Shown one piece after another: positions 17,118-24,078 of a stretch of 53,808 nucleotides of DNA. The DNA lies in the IMG/VR virus record IMGVR_UViG_3300027522_000002, positions 1 to 53,808 of that record; one strand, given 5' to 3'. A program made the position numbers and the translations under genes. The stretch's first letter is position 1; every line of letters starts with the position of its first letter. The notes beneath the pieces are model-generated. The model had not been told where the DNA came from, did not search any database, and worked only from the letters and a program-made list of their open reading frames with translations. This DNA comes from a virus (Duplodnaviria > Caudoviricetes).

Positions 17118-17151
17118 GGGCTCGGGGGAAACCTCGAGCCCTTTTCTTTTT
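17118..17151 (+). terminator. Rho-independent terminator
   Basis: GGGCTCGGGG-GAAA-CCTCGAGCCC followed by TTTTCTTTTT. Confidence 0.85.
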
Positions 17152-17206
17152 ATCGGGGGAAACCCGCCCAGAATCGAAGCCTCCAGGGCAGCGAACCAAT
17201 AGTCGA

Positions 17207-17345
17207 GGCCGCAGACCCGCAGGGCAACGGGGCCGCAGGGCAACGGGGCCGCAGGGCCGCAGAGCTATAAACTAGACCGCAGAGCGCAGGGCCGCAGAGT
17301 ATCGGGCCAAGATGCGAGGCCGCAGACCCAAGAACAAAGCCGCAG
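17207..17345 (+). repeat. GGCCGCAG cluster 3 (6 exact copies, 3 variants)
   Basis: Copies at 17207, 17231, 17247, 17255, 17290, 17318; the cluster runs into the 3' end of the nuclease gene. Confidence 0.95.
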
Positions 17346-17694
17346 AGCTCTCGAACCTCTCCCCTTGGGTGCCGGACAGCCCATTCTCGACAAGCTGACC
17401 GCTCTGATTCCCGTCAAATAAAAGTAGGTCACGCTCCGAGGACCTCTTTACTAAGATAAAATTTGCGCCACCTCTAGCCCAATATACTGTGTTCCAAGCG
17501 ACTTGATGAGCCGAGAGATTTACCCCGTTGCCTTTGGATACCTTGAGTTCGACCCAGCAAGCGAAGCCGTCCCAGATGAGGTGAACGTCAGGAACGCCAC
17601 CCCCGTGCTTGTTTTCAATCCTTGTCGCTTGGCATTTCGGGGGTAGATTCGATCTCAATGTGTTCCAAAAGTTGGCCTCTGGTCCCTTGCTCAT
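17272..17694 (-). CDS. PD-(D/E)xK nuclease (VRR-NUC / Holliday junction resolvase-like)
   Basis: E..FW, RIEN...GVPD, WVELK, LSAHQVAW; start at MSKGPE. Confidence 0.85.
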   Translation of the reverse strand: MSKGPEANFWNTLRSNLPPKCQATRIENKHGGGVPDVHLIWDGFACWVELKVSKGNGVNLSAHQVAWNTVYWARGGANFILVKRSSERDLLLFDGNQSGQLVENGLSGTQGERFESSAALFLGLRPRILARYSAALRSAV

Positions 17695-18184
17695 GTGGCG
17701 TGATATCCTTTGCTGTTCCCTCGATCTCAAAAGCTTGAGGATATTTCTTTTGTAGGTCTGCCAAACGTCCGACAATTTCATCCCGCGAAAGCTGATCGAT
17801 GCTGTTGACCTGTTCTCTTCTGTCCACAGTCAGACCTCCCAATGCAGACCGAATCTTCTCCGCATTGATGGCTGCTGAAAACTGGCCGTTCTCTTCTGCG
17901 CCGAGGGATAGTTTATGCAACCGTTCAAGCTGTCCGATTGTGGTGACAGCATACCTGCGCTCCCGCTCTTCCCGCATCTCTTGGATGTACTCAAGGACAT
18001 GAGGATAGTCTCGACCATTCAGCAAAAGAGATGCATGTTTGGCCGCAGTGGTTTCAGCAAAGCCAGCCTTACGAGCGGCCTCTGCATTGGAGTAGATGCC
18101 TTCCACGATAAAACGAGAGAAGGTCTTTTGTCTGTTGGTCAGGACCCTTTCGGCCCCGTCTTGCGTAGTTTCTTCTATCGACAT
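17615..18184 (-). CDS. terS: Terminase small subunit
   Basis: LTNRQKTF...SNAEAARKAGF HTH followed by helical AAINAE segment. Confidence 0.85.
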   Translation of the reverse strand: MSIEETTQDGAERVLTNRQKTFSRFIVEGIYSNAEAARKAGFAETTAAKHASLLLNGRDYPHVLEYIQEMREERERRYAVTTIGQLERLHKLSLGAEENGQFSAAINAEKIRSALGGLTVDRREQVNSIDQLSRDEIVGRLADLQKKYPQAFEIEGTAKDITPHEQGTRGQLLEHIEIESTPEMPSDKD

Positions 18185-18245
18185 ATGTTCGCCCCATTGT
18201 GCTCTACCAACAAGATAAACTATAGACATGAAATTGTCCATCTTT

Positions 18246-18445
18246 CCTATATAGGGACTTTTTCCCAGATAAACGTACTACCGTCCTCAGAGTGTACTAT
18301 TTTATGGGCTACTTAGAAGGTTGTAAACAAACAAGTTTGTTACTTGATAGTACGTTTAGTACGTTTATTACATCATATTTGAATGGATAAAAACTTTTTT
18401 ACTTTTTTTCTGGAGAATATGCCTATAAGGGTACTCGGCGTACTT
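18246..18445. other. AT-rich divergent intergenic region with GTAC repeats; candidate replication origin
   Basis: GTAC at 18275, 18294, 18350, 18359, 18431, 18440; tandem TAGTACGTT x2; palindrome CCTATATAGG; T-tracts. Confidence 0.4.
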
Positions 18446-18460
18446 TCCCCAAAATATTTC

Positions 18461-18489
18461 TTGACCCATGGACCGAGGTCCTATAGCTT
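18461..18489 (+). promoter_or_regulatory. Sigma70-type promoter TTGACC-17-TAGCTT
   Basis: Heads the 18.5-23.5 kb operon. Confidence 0.6.
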
Positions 18490-18524
18490 GTGGTCTATCA
18501 ACAATTCAATTATGAGGTTTAATT

Positions 18525-18839
18525 ATGAGAGATACTTTAACGAAGACTTATAAGGTAGGCACCAACCGTGGACACAAGCGCGTATGGATCGAGGGCAATA
18601 TTCTTTTGTCTTTTGGTTTCACACGGGGGCTCCGGTTTGCTCGGACCATGCGCGATGGTAAGATGTATTTGATCCAAGACCCACAAGGCAAGCACCGTGT
18701 TGCGGGGACCGAGGCCCGTCCGATCATTGACTTGAACGGTCAGTATCTGGATGATTTTTTTCATGGCTACACTCACTACGATGCCACGTTCAATGCGTTT
18801 GGCAATGCGTTTCTTGTGATCGAGGGGGTGAACACATGA
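18525..18839 (+). CDS. Hypothetical protein (possible AbrB/SymE-like beta fold)
   Basis: RVWIEG..L..FGF..G pattern; GAGG SD. Confidence 0.7.
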   Translation: MRDTLTKTYKVGTNRGHKRVWIEGNILLSFGFTRGLRFARTMRDGKMYLIQDPQGKHRVAGTEARPIIDLNGQYLDDFFHGYTHYDATFNAFGNAFLVIEGVNT

Positions 18840-19558
18840 GCACGGTGATAAGTTTATATGATTTCACGGGCGAGGCATTGAAGCCATGGGCTGATGCCGG
18901 ACACGAATGCTATGCGTTTGACATCCAGCATGACCCGCATGAGATCACGAAGGAATATTCTCGCAAGCACATGGGTGGCTCGATTGAGTATCGTCACGCT
19001 GACTTGCATGACCCTGAGACTTTGCGAGATATTAAGTTGGCCTTCGAGGGTTATGCGTGTTTTGGCATGGCGTTTCCTGTCTGCACAGACCTCGCGGTTT
19101 CGGGCGCGGCATGGTTCAAGAAGAAGGCCGAGGCCAATCCATGGTTTCAAGACGAGGCTGTTGGTCACGCCATGTCCTGCGCTCGATTGTTTGAGGACAT
19201 GGGCGTCCCGTATTTCATTGAGAATCCTGTCAGTGTTTTGGCTACCAAGTGGCGCAAGCCTGACTATTCGTTCCACCCATATGAGTATGGCGGGTACATC
19301 CCTTACGATGAGATGAACCACCCCCGCTGGCCTGAGTACATAGCCCCTCGCGATGCATACAAGAAGAAGACTTGTTTGTGGACTGGTGGTAACTTTCGTA
19401 TGCCTACCAAGGTATCGGTTGACCCAGAGGGTTATCACGGTAATGGTTACAGCACCGCTATGATGAAGCTTGGTGGCAAGTCCAAGCGGACCAAGGACAT
19501 ACGCAGCGCAACCCCTCGAGGCTTTGCTGCGGCGGTTCAACAGTTTAACGGGAGGTAA
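18836..19558 (+). CDS. Compact phage DNA cytosine-C5 methyltransferase-like protein
   Basis: Motif I-like VISLYDFTG, motif IV-like FPVCT, motif VI IENPV, KKTCLW, RSATPRGFA. Confidence 0.75.
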   Translation: MSTVISLYDFTGEALKPWADAGHECYAFDIQHDPHEITKEYSRKHMGGSIEYRHADLHDPETLRDIKLAFEGYACFGMAFPVCTDLAVSGAAWFKKKAEANPWFQDEAVGHAMSCARLFEDMGVPYFIENPVSVLATKWRKPDYSFHPYEYGGYIPYDEMNHPRWPEYIAPRDAYKKKTCLWTGGNFRMPTKVSVDPEGYHGNGYSTAMMKLGGKSKRTKDIRSATPRGFAAAVQQFNGR

Positions 19559-19560
19559 TT

Positions 19561-20205
19561 GTGGAAGAAGATTTCAACATCAAGGTATCGGTCAGGAACG
19601 GCAGGTTGTTGAGGGCGATCAGGGACAGGTATGATTCGGTTGCTGAGTTATCGCGTCAATTAGTCAGAGGTAAGTCGCAGGTAAATGCTCTCGTTACTAT
19701 GAAGTTGAAACCATTTAACCACAAGGGTTGGACAGATTTAGCTTTGGATGTTGCGGCGATGGTTGGCAAGGAGCCCGAAGACTTATGGCCTGATCATCTT
19801 CGTGAGTTGCAGTTAGCCAAATCCACATCTGAAATGGAAGTTGGTTTGGACAGCGTCAAGCGATTAATTCAAGACGGGACTACCGAGAAGACTTTATCTC
19901 AGATCAGTGCGGTCTCAACGTTATCTGAAGCACTGACGCCGAGAGAAAGAAGGTGCTTGGCAATGCGTTTTGCATTGGGGCATTCTTTAGAAGAGACTGC
20001 CAGAGTCTTGGGAGTTACGAGGGAGAGGGCGCGTCAGATAGAAGCCAAGGCTATCCGAAGGATGAAACGTGCAGCTACGGTACACGGTTACCGCAAGGAA
20101 GACGTTTGGGCCAACGTCTTTGACCCAGAACATCAGATGAAAATGACAACAAAGATAAGCAGTGAGCGTATAACCAACAAAGGTTTAGACCTTTTCAACG
20201 ATTAG
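19561..20205 (+). CDS. HTH plus sigma70 region-4 domain regulator
   Basis: LTPRERRCLAMRF...SLEETARVLGVTRERARQIEAKAIRRMK; no region 2 visible. Confidence 0.8.
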   Translation: MEEDFNIKVSVRNGRLLRAIRDRYDSVAELSRQLVRGKSQVNALVTMKLKPFNHKGWTDLALDVAAMVGKEPEDLWPDHLRELQLAKSTSEMEVGLDSVKRLIQDGTTEKTLSQISAVSTLSEALTPRERRCLAMRFALGHSLEETARVLGVTRERARQIEAKAIRRMKRAATVHGYRKEDVWANVFDPEHQMKMTTKISSERITNKGLDLFND

Positions 20206-20219
20206 CCAAGGAGGAAACA

Positions 20220-20663
20220 ATGCCTAATCACACCGCACAACAGGTTCACTTTACTGGGCCACAATATCTCATGGAGCATTTATATCAGGCCGTAAAGCTT
20301 GGCACTTTATGCCAGACCGTTTGCCCCATGCCTTTCGAGGTTTGGGCGCAGGAGGCAACCACTTCTTCTCCAGCATGGTATCAATGGCGTCTCGATAACT
20401 GGGACACCAAGTGGGATATTTATAGCGTCGATATCAACGACGAACTTACAACCCGCGAGGGCTCCGGTTCTCTTGCGGAGGTCAGCTTTTCATTCACATG
20501 CGAGACTGCGTGGAGCCCCCCGATCAAGGTTTGGGAGAAGCTCCACGACATGGGTATCTCTATTGACGCATCATACCAAGACGAGGGCATGATGTACGAA
20601 GGCACGTTCATCGATGGGGTGGACACAACTTGGACACCAGAAGAGGAGGAGGAACATGAGTAA
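20220..20663 (+). CDS. DUF1281/YubB ferredoxin-like family protein
   Basis: MPNH, WY.WR..NW.TKW, TAWSPP, Y.DEG. Confidence 0.75.
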   Translation: MPNHTAQQVHFTGPQYLMEHLYQAVKLGTLCQTVCPMPFEVWAQEATTSSPAWYQWRLDNWDTKWDIYSVDINDELTTREGSGSLAEVSFSFTCETAWSPPIKVWEKLHDMGISIDASYQDEGMMYEGTFIDGVDTTWTPEEEEEHE

Positions 20664-20853
20664 GCGCAAAGTTAGGGTCAAGGTTACCCGCGAAGAGACT
20701 TGGTATCCAACGTACATGGTTCCGGAGCATATGACTGCGGACGAGGCCCACGAATACATTATCAACGAGGCCCCTGATCAAGTGTTCGATGAGTACTTAC
20801 ACAAGGACACGTTGGACACAGACACATCAATAGAAATTCTGGAGGATAAATAA
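20656..20853 (+). CDS. Hypothetical protein
   Basis: GGAGG SD before ATG 20656. Confidence 0.7.
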   Translation: MSKRKVRVKVTREETWYPTYMVPEHMTADEAHEYIINEAPDQVFDEYLHKDTLDTDTSIEILEDK

Positions 20854-20854
20854 G

Positions 20855-21373
20855 ATGGCACTTCAACTACAATTAAAAGCGATTAAGTATTCTGGCTGGG
20901 CAAGCCAAGAGACTGCATGTTACGAGGCCAAGCTTTATGTGGACGGTAAGTCGTTTGCATATGTTAGCAACAATGGACACGGTGGCCCTGATCGGATTGA
21001 CAATGACCCTAAGTTCAAGGGCGATTGGCGCAAGGTTTATGACCAGATTATTGAGGAGTTTAATGACGAGAAACTGTATCCTCGGGACGAGCCGTGCGAG
21101 TATTTTCCGGACGGGTTTGCCCAGACTTTGGAGACATGGTGCGGCAAACGTTTGGACGAGCACCTTGCTCGGAAGGACATGAAACGCTCGATGAAAAGGA
21201 AGTGTTTGTTCCTGCTTGAGAACGAGGAGGGTGTATACGAATCCGATTGGCATCCACCTGTGACCAAGGGCGATTGGACCTTGTTTAATAATCAGAAGGT
21301 TCGACGCAAGATACTGAATGATTTGCCAGAGGACATTGCTTTGATGTATTATATGGGGAAGGTTAAGATATGA
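20855..21373 (+). CDS. Hypothetical protein
   Basis: SQET.CYEA.LYVDGK...N.GHGG; in operon. Confidence 0.75.
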   Translation: MALQLQLKAIKYSGWASQETACYEAKLYVDGKSFAYVSNNGHGGPDRIDNDPKFKGDWRKVYDQIIEEFNDEKLYPRDEPCEYFPDGFAQTLETWCGKRLDEHLARKDMKRSMKRKCLFLLENEEGVYESDWHPPVTKGDWTLFNNQKVRRKILNDLPEDIALMYYMGKVKI

Positions 21374-21618
21374 AAGTTAATGGAGCGGAGCGCGGATACA
21401 ACCCCCCGTCAGCGGAGAGATTATCGGACAGTGTGGTCAACACGGTCCATCACTGGACTATAAATAAGATGCACACTGATCCTGCACATCGCGCTCGATA
21501 TCAAAATTTGCCATACAACCGAGCGTACCGTCAAATCTTTGCGATTGAGTTGGATAGAATTATGGAGTCCATCGAAGAGGCCGGAAACAAATGGATGGAA
21601 ATTAACAGGGAGGGATAG
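21370..21618 (+). CDS. Hypothetical protein
   Basis: ATGA overlap with upstream gene. Confidence 0.65.
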   Translation: MKVNGAERGYNPPSAERLSDSVVNTVHHWTINKMHTDPAHRARYQNLPYNRAYRQIFAIELDRIMESIEEAGNKWMEINREG

Positions 21619-21831
21619 ATGATGGAACAGGCAGAGAGCATGATGCCTTGCCCCGAATGCTGGGGTGAGGGCAAGGTCGAGGTTGAGTACGCTGTGCCTC
21701 ACAATATAAATCGGGACGTAGGGTATTTGGATACGAGGCTCGAGGATTGTGATTATTGCAGAGGTTCTGGTGAGGTAGAGAACGATGGGATTGAGGATTT
21801 CGAATTAGAGGAGGACCCTGATGATGTTTGA
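21619..21831 (+). CDS. DnaJ-type zinc-finger miniprotein
   Basis: Two CxxCxGxG motifs: CPECWGEG and CDYCRGSG. Confidence 0.8.
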   Translation: MMEQAESMMPCPECWGEGKVEVEYAVPHNINRDVGYLDTRLEDCDYCRGSGEVENDGIEDFELEEDPDDV

Positions 21832-21973
21832 TCAGAAGGATAAGAACCTTGCTGCCATGCATTCCAAGATAGTTGAGCTGACTGCCGAGGCAGACGTACT
21901 ATTGAGGGCGTTGGAAAAAGTAACGGCTGAAAAGCTAGAGTTACTCGAGAAAATCAGAGGAGGTGGTAAGTGA
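21821..21973 (+). CDS. Small coiled-coil protein (50 aa), not in ORF track
   Basis: GGAGG SD; MMFDQKDKNLAAMHSKIVEL...; fills the operon gap. Confidence 0.55.
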   Translation: MMFDQKDKNLAAMHSKIVELTAEADVLLRALEKVTAEKLELLEKIRGGGK

Positions 21974-22164
21974 AAGTACAGAATTGGGACCATATGCGCG
22001 GTTGGAATTTCCCAACACATAAGCACCGACCAAGCAGCAATCGATACCGAGAGCCCACGTCACCGTGCAAGCATCTCGGAGTTGCGATCTCAACGAGCAA
22101 TCGATACCGCGACATCAAGCCCCCGACTTTGGCGATCCCGCCATGGGGAAAACAGAAGGAATAA
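21970..22164 (+). CDS. Hypothetical basic protein
   Basis: GTGA overlap, GGAGG SD; SNRYR occurs twice. Confidence 0.5.
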   Translation: MKVQNWDHMRGWNFPTHKHRPSSNRYREPTSPCKHLGVAISTSNRYRDIKPPTLAIPPWGKQKE

Positions 22165-22166
22165 AT

Positions 22167-22571
22167 ATGTACCAAGTAACAATGAAGACTCACAAGGATG
22201 GGGTCGAGGTCCTGTTCATGGACCGATGGTCCGAGGTGATCGATTGGGTTGCCGACCTCGAGCTTGGAGATAAGATCCAGAATCCATTCGAAGAATACTA
22301 CACCATTGCTTTGGTGTTCGAGGGTTCTCTCGATACGCACACAGAGTTCTATCCGGAAGACTCAAAGGAGAAGGGCAACCTGATCAACAATATGGTCAAG
22401 CTTTTGCCGGACAGGATGGGACAGGATGAGATAGTCGCAACGATAATGACTACGGCTTCGACGTATTGGAACCCTGATGAAATGGCGCAAGGGTTCGACA
22501 CACTTTCACAGATAGCTGACACCGTTAAGGAGCAGGGCAAGAATGCAGGACACAAGCGAAAGCTGCACTAA
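22167..22571 (+). CDS. Hypothetical protein
   Basis: AAGGA SD before ATG 22167. Confidence 0.7.
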   Translation: MYQVTMKTHKDGVEVLFMDRWSEVIDWVADLELGDKIQNPFEEYYTIALVFEGSLDTHTEFYPEDSKEKGNLINNMVKLLPDRMGQDEIVATIMTTASTYWNPDEMAQGFDTLSQIADTVKEQGKNAGHKRKLH

Positions 22572-22749
22572 GAGTTTAAATCCGGCGGAGCAAGCACATC
22601 TTACATACCTTCGCCAACGTGTGGATAATTTACAGGAGGAGAGGTTTCGTCGGGACGCCCGACTATCAATCAACAACGAGATACATGCCGCAGTAAACGA
22701 GCTACGGCAATTCACTAGCAATCTTAGAAAAGAGGGACGTAGAATATGA
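22543..22749 (+). CDS. Hypothetical protein
   Basis: Helical sequence; in operon. Confidence 0.6.
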   Translation: MQDTSESCTKSLNPAEQAHLTYLRQRVDNLQEERFRRDARLSINNEIHAAVNELRQFTSNLRKEGRRI

Positions 22750-23057
22750 AATGGACTCCGGCAAAGGAGGAGAGGTTTCTTGACATGTGGATGAGACAAA
22801 ACAGGAAGGACGTAATTGATCGTCCGACTGTAGCTAAATACCACAACCAGGAATTATTAAAATCATCAGCCCGTAAAACGCAGGGCCCATACGAGCATCA
22901 GTCTGAAAGACGTAGTAGACGCGCCGAGCAGATCAACGCTTTGCTGCTGAAGGACTTGGACATAGAGACTATTTCAGAAGTTCTGGCGATCACACAAGCA
23001 ACCTGCATAAACATCATCAACCGCAACAACCTGCCCATAGAAGGGACATCACCATGA
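22746..23057 (+). CDS. Hypothetical protein with C-terminal HTH-like segment
   Basis: LDIETISEVLAITQATC; ATGA overlaps. Confidence 0.65.
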   Translation: MKWTPAKEERFLDMWMRQNRKDVIDRPTVAKYHNQELLKSSARKTQGPYEHQSERRSRRAEQINALLLKDLDIETISEVLAITQATCINIINRNNLPIEGTSP

Positions 23058-23524
23058 CCGATGCTACACACTTCACCTACAAGTCTTTCAGCACCACTGA
23101 TTTCTATGTCATGATTGAAGACATGACTACTGCTAACTCTGCATTCGGTGTGACCGATGAGGGCGAGACAGTGTTTTTCGGTCAACGTATAGTTGACAAA
23201 ATAAACATAAACTCTGGAGATTTTGTCGAGGCACAGTGCGTACCTAACTATGCGGACAAGAGGGACCACATACCGTGGCGGTGTGTTCGAGCCACTAAGA
23301 TCAAGGTCGAGAGTCCTGCGGATGCGGTGGACCACATACAGCTTACTGACTTCAATGTTATCGCAGATACCATGAGATCGGAGGAAGGGTGGTGGACCCA
23401 GGTTGAACTGGAAGAGCACTTGTCTGATGAAGGTATTTCTGCAGCTAGGATTGACGAGTTTCTCATGGACGAGAACCAACCGCTCGAGCAAGCTGTTGCT
23501 TTCCGCATACTCCCAAGGGAATAG
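23054..23524 (+). CDS. Hypothetical protein (OB-fold-like N-terminus)
   Basis: AFGVTDEGETVFF...GDFVEA...PN...PWR. Confidence 0.65.
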   Translation: MTDATHFTYKSFSTTDFYVMIEDMTTANSAFGVTDEGETVFFGQRIVDKININSGDFVEAQCVPNYADKRDHIPWRCVRATKIKVESPADAVDHIQLTDFNVIADTMRSEEGWWTQVELEEHLSDEGISAARIDEFLMDENQPLEQAVAFRILPRE

Positions 23525-23531
23525 CTAACAC

Positions 23532-23592
23532 TTGCATTCAGCCCCCAACTTGTGTATGTGAGGTCAACATACTTAGTACAACTGGGGGCTGA
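23532..23592 (+). promoter_or_regulatory. Promoter TTGCAT-17-TATGTG with inverted repeat covering spacer and RBS
   Basis: TCAGCCCCCA (23538-23547) / TGGGGGCTGA (23583-23592); inner GTATGT/ACATAC. Confidence 0.55.
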
Positions 23593-23593
23593 C

Positions 23594-23767
23594 ATGGCTA
23601 GAAAAAAGATGGAAGAAGATAAGAAACAAAAATTTCAGAACGTAGGTCTGATAAAAGAGGACCATGACTTACTTCGTGAGATTGCAAGTAAAGAACAGAG
23701 GTCCATGGCGCGACAACTATCGGTGTTGATACGTCAAGCTCATGAGTTTCAAGCAAAAAGTGTTTGA
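23594..23767 (+). CDS. Ribbon-helix-helix DNA-binding protein
   Basis: NVGLIKEDHDLLREIASKEQRSMARQLSVLI. Confidence 0.75.
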   Translation: MARKKMEEDKKQKFQNVGLIKEDHDLLREIASKEQRSMARQLSVLIRQAHEFQAKSV

Positions 23768-23798
23768 CTTGATTGGCTTGATAGGGATATTATATCCC

Positions 23799-23856
23799 CA
23801 CCACTTGCATGTTTTCTGCTCGACTAGGCTTCTCTTAATTTGAGGAGCCTTTTTTT
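23799..23856 (+). ncRNA. Candidate small RNA (~55-60 nt)
   Basis: Promoter-like TTGACT-18-TATTAT (23764-23793) followed shortly by a terminator; no ORF. Confidence 0.35.
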
Positions 23857-24078
23857 CTTCTTGCCTTCGATCTGATAGGGTTTTTCCTTTGAGTACCCCC
23901 TGATCTGCGTGACGGTTGAGTAGGATTTGTTCATGCCTCTAAGCAGCGCACGGGCAACATCTTCCTCGAGTCCGGTCTGCTCGGCAAGAACCTTGGTCCC
24001 TGTCTCGAGAGTCCGGAGCCCTTTCTTAAAGTCCACCATCGTTTCTATTATTTCTTCGTGGGCTTCAAACTTAGCCAT
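23824..24078 (-). CDS. Hypothetical protein
   Basis: 84 aa, overlapping the end of the helicase gene; GAGG SD. Confidence 0.65.
   Translation of the reverse strand: MAKFEAHEEIIETMVDFKKGLRTLETGTKVLAEQTGLEEDVARALLRGMNKSYSTVTQIRGYSKEKPYQIEGKKKKRLLKLREA
23826..23856 (+). terminator. Rho-independent terminator
   Basis: AGGCTTCTC-7nt-GAGGAGCCT followed by T6. Confidence 0.7.

Noticed and set aside
15838-17345. GGCCGCAG clusters as a CRISPR or mini-array
   Set aside because: 8-bp unit, irregular short gaps, no unique regular spacers, no cas genes.
18854-19540. 228-aa antisense ORF over the methyltransferase
   Set aside because: Mirror-frame shadow with no SD or recognisable motifs.
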